A DNA stretch of 60,204 nucleotides from positions 1 to 60,204 of the IMG/VR virus record IMGVR_UViG_3300032218_002331; one strand, 5' to 3'. A model generated the notes under the pieces. The model did no database searches. It had not been told where the DNA came from and was given only the letters and a program-made list of their open reading frames with translations. The stretch is from a virus (Duplodnaviria > Caudoviricetes). The translations under genes and the position numbers were made by a program. Below are positions 45,305 through 54,213 of this stretch, one piece after another. Position 1 is the stretch's first letter; each line of letters begins with the position of its first letter.

Positions 45305-45884
45305 ATGAAGGGTATTTGATAAAATCAACAGCAAATGATATCCTAGGCTCAACAAGACCATGAACTGCGTGTATAAACTTATTGTTGATTAAATTCCAAG
45401 TACCTTCTTTAAACGTAAATGATTCAACTTCATCTACTGTGCTATATCTAAAAGGTATGCGTCTAGTTGCTAAAGATACGCCAGCATCAGGTTTTACTTT
45501 ATAAAACTTTGTCTGAACATTTGGGCCACCTGCTTTAACAATGTATAACAAACAAAAGTTTCTAACCATGTCGGTATGCGGTGCAAGATCACCGTTGGTA
45601 ATCTTTTGTATGCTAGCTCGAAAAAATCTAGGAGCAACATTAGCAGTAACCCAATCGATCCATAACTGATTCTTTTCTTTGATATCAAAATTACTTTCGA
45701 TAATTTTTATTCGCTGATCAAGAGGTATATTACGATCGTCCATAAAGTTAACTAAAGTTTCAGTTAACTCAATGGGCACTTGCGGTAGTTTAACATTAGT
45801 AACTGCTGTTACTGTTGCTAGTTTTTCAGCATTAACAACATCTACGAATGCAGGATTTATTGTAATATCATCAAACTGTTTCAT
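45288..45884 (-). CDS. Hypothetical cupin/2OG-oxygenase-like protein
   Basis: PHTD...WNLINNKFIHAV...RIS. Confidence 0.6.
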   Translation of the reverse strand: MKQFDDITINPAFVDVVNAEKLATVTAVTNVKLPQVPIELTETLVNFMDDRNIPLDQRIKIIESNFDIKEKNQLWIDWVTANVAPRFFRASIQKITNGDLAPHTDMVRNFCLLYIVKAGGPNVQTKFYKVKPDAGVSLATRRIPFRYSTVDEVESFTFKEGTWNLINNKFIHAVHGLVEPRISFAVDFIKYPSFIHDL

Positions 45885-46185
45885 ATTCGCGAGTTAAGAT
45901 TAGATTGTTTTCTGCAACGTAGTCATCTAAATCACGTTTTTGTTTTATAACAAACTCATCGTTTTCCTCACTGGCCATTAGTGTTCTAAAGGCTTCTTCA
46001 TTTTCCCAAGTTGCTACTCCAACGGTCTTTTTTCCGTCTAGTGTAACAGTTCGGGTAATACTTACAAATCCTGGTTTTTCTGCGCGAAGAGACATGATGC
46101 CTCCAACGTGCTGTAAAATATCTGCCATGTAAGGAACAATAGAGCCCCCGTCTTGCTTTTCAATACAAATTTTTAGTTGATACAT
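45871..46185 (-). CDS. Small dimeric alpha+beta barrel (ABM-like) protein
   Basis: PGFVS...ATWENEEAF. Confidence 0.45.
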   Translation of the reverse strand: MYQLKICIEKQDGGSIVPYMADILQHVGGIMSLRAEKPGFVSITRTVTLDGKKTVGVATWENEEAFRTLMASEENDEFVIKQKRDLDDYVAENNLILTREYETV

Positions 46186-46264
46186 ATCTCATCCCCTAGT
46201 GGTAATAGCGTATGTTTATATTTATGTTATTTTTTGCACCTTCTGAAAAAAAGTAAATAGTGCT

Positions 46265-46786
46265 ATGCTAACATTAATTGAAAAACTAGAAGATTACGCA
46301 AACCTTGTTACTGAGATACAAGATTTGGTTACCCGGGTTGGATTTAAAAATGATCAGTTGATTTGTCAGGGTCGTAGCTCTGACACAGAAGATTGGCATT
46401 TGGGCATTGGCAGTATAAACGATCTAGAACACAAGGACGAAGATAGTTATAACAATATTTTCCCTAGTTTAGAAAACACAACCATAGCCAAATATATTAA
46501 ACGATACAACGGTTTTAGATCCCGTATTATGAATATAACTCCTAGGCACTGTTATACAATACATCGAGATCCTACACCCAGGGTACACATTCCAATAGTT
46601 ACTAATAGAGATTGCTGGATGGTTTGGCCCTACTCAAAAGAAATACAACACATGCCTGTTGGATATTCATATTGGACTGATACTAGAAAACATCACACGT
46701 TTCTAAATGGCGGGCAAGCTAATAGGATTCATCTAGTGATCTGTATATCTGCAACAGATCCCAAGAATGTAATAGCTAACCCTTAA
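46265..46786 (+). CDS. Asp/Asn beta-hydroxylase-like oxygenase
   Basis: RSRIM, HRD, RVHIPIVTN, DTRKHH, RIHLV. Confidence 0.8.
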   Translation: MLTLIEKLEDYANLVTEIQDLVTRVGFKNDQLICQGRSSDTEDWHLGIGSINDLEHKDEDSYNNIFPSLENTTIAKYIKRYNGFRSRIMNITPRHCYTIHRDPTPRVHIPIVTNRDCWMVWPYSKEIQHMPVGYSYWTDTRKHHTFLNGGQANRIHLVICISATDPKNVIANP

Positions 46787-46967
46787 AATGTTTATCAGTA
46801 CCCTCAACAATCTTCTTTGCTAGATTGTAGGGAGTAAACACAAACAAGAATGGGAATATGCTATGTATTACTCCAGTGATAACAATAGCTACTGCTAATA
46901 GATTAAAATAACTTGCGTAAAGGAAGTGCTTTAAATAAGAAGATTTAATTTCTTTTAAGTGTGACAT
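46776..46967 (-). CDS. Small membrane protein
   Basis: HLKE...SYLKH...IHSIFPFLF. Confidence 0.65.
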   Translation of the reverse strand: MSHLKEIKSSYLKHFLYASYFNLLAVAIVITGVIHSIFPFLFVFTPYNLAKKIVEGTDKHFKG

Positions 46968-47634
46968 GTCGTTCCTTGAAGTATGCTTCTAACCATAAGT
47001 AATCGTTTATTTTATTCAATGCTGGTAAATCATTATCATATAATGCTACATACTCTTTAGCATCTTTATATCCCTGATATGCCCAATCTGCATTAAACTC
47101 TAAAATATCTTTGCAAGATTTCCATTGCTCTATATATGTATCGATATTCTTAGCATTGGGTCTAGATCTAAATATCACACTCATAAGTTTAACACAGTGT
47201 CTAAAAGCTGTTTTCCATGCATCGTATTGGCTATCATTGTATTTTGATACAGAGTATGCATAATCTAATACTCGTTTAGTTGCGGTAGCATTTAAACTAA
47301 AATCCCCCTTGCTCATATCCTGATTAATGATACTATCTTTTTTCCAAAGTTTAACTCCGCCGAGTAAGGTTAAATTTTTATGTATTGGATCGATTGCTTT
47401 AAACATTAATAGGTCAACATCTAGATCTTGATCATAATCTAAAGATTCTGTTAACCAGTTGTCACCGTCGACTGTCCAAAAGTAATCGGTAGTACTAAGA
47501 CTATTGCAAAGTAAGTGTACTCGATCGATGCCAATGATTCCGTGCAGGCGTACTGCGTTAGGATGCAGTTCTTTAGTTCTTCCCCAGTTTACTTCACAGT
47601 TGCTTTCTTTGAAACTAATAAAAAATACATCCAT
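46945..47634 (-). CDS. Glycosyltransferase-like hypothetical protein
   Basis: DVFFIS..E...FWTVDGD (DxD)...GGVKLW...AWKTAFR. Confidence 0.55.
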   Translation of the reverse strand: MDVFFISFKESNCEVNWGRTKELHPNAVRLHGIIGIDRVHLLCNSLSTTDYFWTVDGDNWLTESLDYDQDLDVDLLMFKAIDPIHKNLTLLGGVKLWKKDSIINQDMSKGDFSLNATATKRVLDYAYSVSKYNDSQYDAWKTAFRHCVKLMSVIFRSRPNAKNIDTYIEQWKSCKDILEFNADWAYQGYKDAKEYVALYDNDLPALNKINDYLWLEAYFKERHVTLKRN

Positions 47635-47656
47635 TGCTGTGCCCTATAAATATCTC

Positions 47657-48589
47657 ATGGTATTTAACACCTTTCTTTCAACTGTCAAAAAATATCCTGA
47701 CAAGCTAGCAGTTAACAACTTAACATATCAGGAACTATACAATCTAGTCATAGCTAGGCCTTATTCAAAAGTGTGCTATGAAACTGATTGGACTATTCTG
47801 TTGGACATTTTAAAAGCTGCCTTTGTTGATAAGCCTATTATTATATTGCCAAAGTTTCACAGGGAAGCAGTCGATATCCCTACAGTAGTGCCAGATGAAT
47901 TTGGTATCATGTTGTTTAGCAGTGGAAGTACTGGCACACGAAAACAAATCTTTATGCCGGATAGCATGATCTTAAGTAATGCATCTAACGCTATAGAGTG
48001 TCAAAGATTAACTGATCGCGATAAAATATTAACAGTATGCTCTTTAAATCATACTGGAGGTATAAGTGCCCAAACGTTGCCGGGTCTGCTATGTGGCGCC
48101 CATATTATCGTTGAACCTTTTAATGCGTTTAATCTATTGCGCATTATTCAGGAACAGGAAATAACTGTAACACATTTAATTCCTGTAATGATTGATGCAT
48201 TGATCAAAGTAAACAGTGATGTGAAGGTACCCAAGTTGCGACTAGTTGTAGCCGGAAGCGATTGTGTGTATCAACAGCATGTTGAGTTTTGGTTAGATCG
48301 TAATGTTCCTTTTATTATAAATTATGGACTATCTGAAGCTGGTCCTATTATTATAAATCACGAGTTTGTGCCAGGTGACGACTTATCTATTTTTGAGTTA
48401 GGTGTGTTGTTAGGAACTAGTACCTGGTGTGATACTAAGATTGTAGATAATGAACTATTGCTTAAAGGCAGTTGCGTGTATACTAACGATTGGTTTTTAA
48501 CTGGTGACTGTGTTGACCTAGTCAACGGGTGGTTTATATATCGAGGTCGTCGTTCGGCGGGTTGCAAAATCCTTCCCAAGGCATACTGA
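47657..48589 (+). CDS. AMP-dependent synthetase (ANL superfamily), C-terminally truncated
   Basis: FSSGSTGTRK (A3), YGLSEAG (A5), FLTGD (A7), GRR (A8), then stop. Confidence 0.8.
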   Translation: MVFNTFLSTVKKYPDKLAVNNLTYQELYNLVIARPYSKVCYETDWTILLDILKAAFVDKPIIILPKFHREAVDIPTVVPDEFGIMLFSSGSTGTRKQIFMPDSMILSNASNAIECQRLTDRDKILTVCSLNHTGGISAQTLPGLLCGAHIIVEPFNAFNLLRIIQEQEITVTHLIPVMIDALIKVNSDVKVPKLRLVVAGSDCVYQQHVEFWLDRNVPFIINYGLSEAGPIIINHEFVPGDDLSIFELGVLLGTSTWCDTKIVDNELLLKGSCVYTNDWFLTGDCVDLVNGWFIYRGRRSAGCKILPKAY

Positions 48590-49229
48590 ATCCGTTTTCT
48601 ATAATACGCAAATATTCTTCATTTGGTTCAATGCCTGCGGCAAGTCTTGCAGGGTGAAACTTTCTTAAGGCTGACAAGTACATATCAATATGCAGTTCCC
48701 ACTTGGTCTGATACGTGCTGTATATTATAGCATCGCCTGCATATTTTACTAGGCCTGTTCTTTCTAATAGTTCTAATGCTCTATGGGTGCGCTTCATTTT
48801 TCCGCTAGCGTCGTGGTCTCCAGTACTGGTAGTTATGTAAAAATGTTTTGCACCATTAGTAATGCCGTACTCTATCTGGTGGGGCAACATAACACTAAAA
48901 GGCAAACTATTCATATGATTTTTACTTAATCCCCGTACTACATTGTCATGTTCGGGTAATGTTGCGCTACGAAATAAACATCGCATTTGATATTTGATAC
49001 CGTCAAGCGGGCCAAGGCTACCTCTCCAGTAATGGGAACCGCTTACAGAAATAAGTTTTGTTCCCATTACAACTCCCCAAAAGTTTGGAACATCTCTTAG
49101 ATCGTATTCAGTGCCAAACTTCATTTTCTCAATGGAGGCATTATTTTCGTAGCCCACACGATCACATTCTTGACAGAACTGTTCTATTAGAGGAATGTGT
49201 TCATTAGTTAGTTTTATAACTGTGTACAT
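48534..49229 (-). CDS. Hypothetical (GNAT-like) protein
   Basis: LISVSGSH...RCLFRSATLP. Confidence 0.5.
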   Translation of the reverse strand: MYTVIKLTNEHIPLIEQFCQECDRVGYENNASIEKMKFGTEYDLRDVPNFWGVVMGTKLISVSGSHYWRGSLGPLDGIKYQMRCLFRSATLPEHDNVVRGLSKNHMNSLPFSVMLPHQIEYGITNGAKHFYITTSTGDHDASGKMKRTHRALELLERTGLVKYAGDAIIYSTYQTKWELHIDMYLSALRKFHPARLAAGIEPNEEYLRIIENGFSMPWEGFCNPPNDDLDI

Positions 49230-49762
49230 TATACTCCCGCTTTCTTAAACAACTCTTTAGCCTGCTCAAATGTGTAATCTTCATGTACACTCCAACTTAA
49301 TATTACTCTGTGATTTTTACTATGGTTTAAAACTTTATGTGGCCCGGAGTTATTAATCAGTACAGGTCGAACTAGACTAAATCTAAAAAGTTCTTTTACT
49401 GATGAGTTAACAAAATAAAATACATTTTGTGGATTGTATTGTAGCACTGGATCCCCAACCAGTCCATAAAATATAGTTTCTGATTCTTCTGTGTACTCTA
49501 TAGGAATGTTAAATGCGCATGAACGTTTAGCATCAATATGTAAGGGTATTTGTCCAAATGGTCTAGTTGTGTAGATATTAAAAATAGGACTTAAGAAAGG
49601 AAAACGATCTTTTAATGATGACATATAAGGATCGTTTTTAACAAGGCGATGATGCCCAGCCATGTCTGGCATTTTATTAAACTGTATTTTCTTAACTAGT
49701 TCTGTTATCTTTTCAAGATCTAGATCTATAGTAAGTTCGTAAATAAAATCGTTATCAATCAT
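49229..49762 (-). CDS. Hypothetical cupin/2OG-oxygenase-like protein
   Basis: HID...NIPI...PVLINNSGPHKV...RVILSW. Confidence 0.6.
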   Translation of the reverse strand: MIDNDFIYELTIDLDLEKITELVKKIQFNKMPDMAGHHRLVKNDPYMSSLKDRFPFLSPIFNIYTTRPFGQIPLHIDAKRSCAFNIPIEYTEESETIFYGLVGDPVLQYNPQNVFYFVNSSVKELFRFSLVRPVLINNSGPHKVLNHSKNHRVILSWSVHEDYTFEQAKELFKKAGV

Positions 49763-49775
49763 AATAATATTAAAC

Positions 49776-49851
49776 TGGTGCTGCCGGTAGGGATTAAACC
49801 TACATCCTACTGATTACAATTCAGTTGCTTTATCTTTTAAGCTACAACAGC
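49776..49851 (-). tRNA. tRNA-Thr(TGT), degenerate
   Basis: 76 nt; acceptor GCTGTTG/CGGCAGC-ACCA; anticodon stem ACTGA/TCAGT with loop ATTGTAA; T-loop TTTAATC and D-loop lacking GG are non-canonical. Confidence 0.65.
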
Positions 49852-49864
49852 GAGGGCCCAGGGA

Positions 49865-50569
49865 TTACTCCTCCAAAGCCCTTAACTCTAAAAAGTTATT
49901 TTTTAAAATAACTTCTTTTAATCTTTCTGCTACTGCTCGATTCCCTTCTTTTGTTATACAGTTTACAAACCACTTGTCTTTGGAAATATGTTCTTCAAGT
50001 AGTGCAGGAACAGTATCGTCTAATATTCCAGATTGAAATCTAAACCAAGTTGGAACGGCAACTTCGGGTATGACTATATGTATAGCATTGATATTTTTAC
50101 TGCTTAGATATTGATCAATCTGTATTAATGCCCCATAAAATCTATTCATAACTAAGTCTGGGTGTTCAAGGTATATCCTATAGTCCGACATGACCTGAAC
50201 AAACTTTTCAGCCGTTTCAAACTTTTCTATAAACTTTTTATGGTGCTCTTGATGAAATCCCCAGCTGTCGGTCAAACTTTCAGTTTGCTGTTTTTGCCAC
50301 ATGTATTCTGCTTTTTTGTTTATCTGTTTACCTAGGGCAAAATCTCGATCAGATCCCGGAATAAACAACAAGTTGTGCGGGCAGTGAAATATAACGGCTA
50401 AATCAAGATTTTTAGTTTTTTTAAGTTCAAAAAGTACACGTTCTTCGCTACCCTGTCTAGTACCTATGTTAACTATATCAACGTTAAACATTTGGCCTAA
50501 TATATCTATAAAGCTATCAGATGATCTATAAGCGCAGTTACTATGTCCGTAGAAACCTAATCTCTTCAT
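49865..50569 (-). CDS. Hypothetical protein (SGNH-like N-terminus)
   Basis: LGFYGHS...NIG..QGS. Confidence 0.55.
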   Translation of the reverse strand: MKRLGFYGHSNCAYRSSDSFIDILGQMFNVDIVNIGTRQGSEERVLFELKKTKNLDLAVIFHCPHNLLFIPGSDRDFALGKQINKKAEYMWQKQQTESLTDSWGFHQEHHKKFIEKFETAEKFVQVMSDYRIYLEHPDLVMNRFYGALIQIDQYLSSKNINAIHIVIPEVAVPTWFRFQSGILDDTVPALLEEHISKDKWFVNCITKEGNRAVAERLKEVILKNNFLELRALEE

Positions 50570-50621
50570 GTGTACCTTCTATTGTAGGATAAATATTTAT
50601 ATAAGCCAAAGGACGCACTTT

Positions 50622-51191
50622 ATGATTACTGATTTCTACAAAGAACTCGACATACCCTATAACAAAGATAAGTTATATTCGATATTCCTCGAAAATCTTA
50701 AATCTTGCCCTATTACAAACTCAGCATTTGTTGATGTTGGAGACGTAGTAGATCTAACGTCATTTGTAGAAGTAATGGAGCTGTTTGATAAGTTTCCATG
50801 GATTCCGTGTATTAGGGGGTACGCTGGTTTGGCCACTCTAAATAGACGTACTCATATTCACACAAATCCCGGAAATAACGGATATATCATATTTCCGTTA
50901 CATGGCAATATTAAACTTAATGTATACCAATATCACGCACCAGTAGTCAACGGCCGTCCTACATTATCACCAATACTTACTGAAAGGGTTCAGTGGACTG
51001 ATGCAGATGAAAAGGCCGCGTATGCAAGCCACGTTGACACATTGGTTATTACAAAACCAACTGTAGTTAATGGCTTACGGATTCATGCTTTAGAACCAAA
51101 TGATTTGCAGACCACTGTATTTTTTGCACTTAAACTGCCATTGTCATTAGAATGGCAACGTGTACTTAATAATTTACAAGAGACTGTATAA
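50622..51191 (+). CDS. Hypothetical cupin-like protein
   Basis: HIHTNPG...PTVVNGLRIH. Confidence 0.55.
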   Translation: MITDFYKELDIPYNKDKLYSIFLENLKSCPITNSAFVDVGDVVDLTSFVEVMELFDKFPWIPCIRGYAGLATLNRRTHIHTNPGNNGYIIFPLHGNIKLNVYQYHAPVVNGRPTLSPILTERVQWTDADEKAAYASHVDTLVITKPTVVNGLRIHALEPNDLQTTVFFALKLPLSLEWQRVLNNLQETV

Positions 51192-51192
51192 T

Positions 51193-52311
51193 ATGTTTAC
51201 CGTTGCAAAATCTATTTTAGAAGCAAACAAACAGTTTTGTATAGAAGAAGCTATGGCTTATGTTGCGGCTATGACTACTGCCCAAGCACCTGAGTTTGTA
51301 GAGTTCCCCCAAACACCAACATCGATAGATTTTTGTAGACGAGATATTACATTTGTAATCGAAGCTTACATATCGGGACTAGTTACTGTTGATAGCAAAG
51401 CCATAAACTTTGTAAGCAGTAGATACTGGATAGGTAAAAAAAGCGCATTAGTTGGCAACAAGGCAAAAGAAGTATCGACGCATACTTTTTTAAGAGACTT
51501 GATTGTTAACTACGTTTTAAAAAACATACACTACCCATCCAAACAAACTGTTGCCCAACAAGTTACGTCTTATGGTGTTTCCGAAACGTTGGCGTTGGTT
51601 AAGATTGTCGATGATTGCAATCTATTAGTTGATGTTATACAAACGGGCCCTAAACAACTTTACCTACATAATCATCTTGAAACTAGATATACTGCTAAAT
51701 GGTGGGATCCTAAGCCTGTAGAACAAACAAAACTTGAAACTATTTTAGAATGTGCTTATCAAGCACCTAGTAAACAAGGGCATCATGATTTTGAAATTGT
51801 TGTCCTTACTGATAGTGTTGAAGGACAAGCATTTAAACAATGGCTCTACTGGGAAGATACTGCCTGTCTAAACAAAGTTCGGGCCGCACCCGGACAGGGA
51901 CTGCGTAGATACAACGGACAAGTTCTAGCGCCAATTGTTATGATATGGCTAGCAAAAAAATATCCAGCATCACCTAATCCTTATGGTGAAAGCGAATGGT
52001 TGCGAACAAATAATGATTGTATCATTAGTTCAACTATGGCCATGTGCCAAGCAGAAGAGTTGGGGATGGATACAGGATTTTGTGGAACATTAGGTGTTAC
52101 CGAAATACCTGCTAGATTAAATAAACTAGACCGTGTAGCAGTAATATCTGTAGGTTTCGGTTATGCAACTCCTGATAATCAAATATTAAGAAAAGTTTAT
52201 AAGGACGGTGTTGAGATGGGCTTTGACTTATCCAATACTAACCCGTTAATACGCACTGGCGACAACAGAAAAAATAGACCACCTAAGTACTCGATGATAA
52301 ATTACATATAG
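51193..52311 (+). CDS. Nitroreductase-family protein with N-terminal CxRD helical domain
   Basis: C-half: RYTAKWW...ILECAYQAPSKQ...AEELGMDTGFC...VGFGY; N-half matches the repeats of the giant virion protein. Confidence 0.8.
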   Translation: MFTVAKSILEANKQFCIEEAMAYVAAMTTAQAPEFVEFPQTPTSIDFCRRDITFVIEAYISGLVTVDSKAINFVSSRYWIGKKSALVGNKAKEVSTHTFLRDLIVNYVLKNIHYPSKQTVAQQVTSYGVSETLALVKIVDDCNLLVDVIQTGPKQLYLHNHLETRYTAKWWDPKPVEQTKLETILECAYQAPSKQGHHDFEIVVLTDSVEGQAFKQWLYWEDTACLNKVRAAPGQGLRRYNGQVLAPIVMIWLAKKYPASPNPYGESEWLRTNNDCIISSTMAMCQAEELGMDTGFCGTLGVTEIPARLNKLDRVAVISVGFGYATPDNQILRKVYKDGVEMGFDLSNTNPLIRTGDNRKNRPPKYSMINYI

Positions 52312-52321
52312 GAGAATCTAT

Positions 52322-53038
52322 ATGTCAGAGTCAAAAAATACAGTGGTGCCGCCAGGTGTTAGTGGTCGAGCACCTCGATTCGATTCAAGTAAAGTTACTT
52401 TAGAAACTGTAGCCAACGAACTTGCGCTATTAAACTTAGGTGATTTTGAGCCGCTTAATATACGAATCAACACTGGAAAGTTCATGCAAGAGCTTGCACA
52501 GTTTAGTGAAGATTGGGTTGACTATCTTCCACGTACTGATAGACCTAATAATAGAAAAGGGTTAACTATTACAAACCTTCCAGGTAAAACTCATAAAGAT
52601 AATCCTAGTCTAGCACAAGCAAGTGTTGAAGCTGGCAGACGATTAAGTGAAAATGATTTTAATGAGCCGACAGATGTGTACAGAGCATGTGCTAGTTTAC
52701 ATCCACTACTTGAAGAGTTTGAACCGTTGGGCAGAACATTTTTAGTTAGAAGTGATATTGGCGGACACTTTGTTCCGCATCGTGATCATCCTACTATGCC
52801 CCGTGAAAGTTTTAGACTTGCTGTGTTCTTAAACAACTGTGCGCCACTACAGTACGATTGGTGGATTGATACTGATCGTAAACTACCGATTGAAATGGGT
52901 CGTGTTTATTATATTAACACACGTAAAACACATAGAACTATCAGTTGGGTAAACGATAGTATTCATTTGATTATGAACATACCATTTAGTTCGGCAAATG
53001 TTGCTAAAGTTATAGCACACTTACAACACCCACATTAA
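52322..53038 (+). CDS. Asp/Asn beta-hydroxylase-like oxygenase
   Basis: PHRDH, GRVYYINTRKTH. Confidence 0.75.
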   Translation: MSESKNTVVPPGVSGRAPRFDSSKVTLETVANELALLNLGDFEPLNIRINTGKFMQELAQFSEDWVDYLPRTDRPNNRKGLTITNLPGKTHKDNPSLAQASVEAGRRLSENDFNEPTDVYRACASLHPLLEEFEPLGRTFLVRSDIGGHFVPHRDHPTMPRESFRLAVFLNNCAPLQYDWWIDTDRKLPIEMGRVYYINTRKTHRTISWVNDSIHLIMNIPFSSANVAKVIAHLQHPH

Positions 53039-54210
53039 AGGTATTGCTCAAATAAATCGCTGAGTGTAATAGTACTTCCTCGTAATCTAGGAAGTATATG
53101 AACATATTCGTAGCAAGCATCCCACGGTTCTGTACTTGGCATTTTACACATATTAATACCTGTTTTTATTAACTCAACTGCATAACGTGGGCAGTTTCCA
53201 GATTCTAAATATCTTGTTAGTTTATTAACAACCTTTAGTTTAATATTATCTGGTAGCTGATTTGGTGCTAGTTCTTTAGGAGATTGAACTGGAGTTGGCC
53301 AGACAGTTGGATCCATCTTGCGACCTTCCCAAAACTTTTTAATAAGTTCAACTAACTCCGGTAACGCGAATACATTGTAGATTCCGATAGTTGATTGGAA
53401 TCCAACAACATACATATTATCTTTAACAAGGTTAAAGTTTTTAATCAACTCATCTGGAGGGACACCTCTAGCCCAGTAGTTAACATCCAGCGGTCCGTCT
53501 AATGAGATACTGGCTTGTACATTTAGTTTGTTTCTATGTTTACCGAGTAATAATACATTAGCTTCTTTAATCGTATGTAATCCAGTGCTAAAACTTACTA
53601 GTTTTAGTTTTGGCGCAGTAACTACTACATTTATAAATTTTTCTAGGTTGGGCGATATTAACGGTTCACCTCCATAGATGTTTACCATTTCTATTGTGTC
53701 TGTATGTTTTTCAAGTAACTCTAATGAGTTTGATTGATGAACATCGCTCTTGGTAAGATTACTATTTTTATGATTAGGATTTTTTTCAAAAAACTCTATA
53801 GTATTGTTATTCAAGAAGTTTGCAATAGTACTACTGTACAATGGCCCACACATCACACAACTACTTGCGCATACATTGTCTAATGCTATGAGTATTTTTC
53901 TTAGTGATGCAGTAGAAGGAGCCGGCCATCTAAATATTGTTTGCCAATTATTTTTTTGATGATTTTTGTAAGAATATATGTCGTTAGAAAACTTACACGA
54001 TACACAACTTTCTGGAAGCTCGTCACTATCTTCAAAGTTTTCTTGCCTCCACTTATTTGTTGCTTCTGAATAAAAATCATCAATGGTTGATTCTGGAGTG
54101 TAGGGCCCGGTACCTGCAATGCGACAACAAGGAGTTATTGTGCCATTGGTTTTTATTTCCATTGAATAATAAGGTACCCAACACAATGGCTCTTTTTTAT
54201 TTGTAGTCAT
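53035..54210 (-). CDS. Radical SAM protein with N-terminal twitch-like Cys cluster
   Basis: CASSCVMC, YGGEPL, SLDG; CWVPY...PCC...CVSC. Confidence 0.88.
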   Translation of the reverse strand: MTTNKKEPLCWVPYYSMEIKTNGTITPCCRIAGTGPYTPESTIDDFYSEATNKWRQENFEDSDELPESCVSCKFSNDIYSYKNHQKNNWQTIFRWPAPSTASLRKILIALDNVCASSCVMCGPLYSSTIANFLNNNTIEFFEKNPNHKNSNLTKSDVHQSNSLELLEKHTDTIEMVNIYGGEPLISPNLEKFINVVVTAPKLKLVSFSTGLHTIKEANVLLLGKHRNKLNVQASISLDGPLDVNYWARGVPPDELIKNFNLVKDNMYVVGFQSTIGIYNVFALPELVELIKKFWEGRKMDPTVWPTPVQSPKELAPNQLPDNIKLKVVNKLTRYLESGNCPRYAVELIKTGINMCKMPSTEPWDACYEYVHILPRLRGSTITLSDLFEQYL

Positions 54211-54213
54211 AGA

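Noticed and set aside
47504-47656. Longer start for the ANL gene
   Set aside because: Overlaps the divergent gene; ATG at 47657 follows a TATAAATA motif
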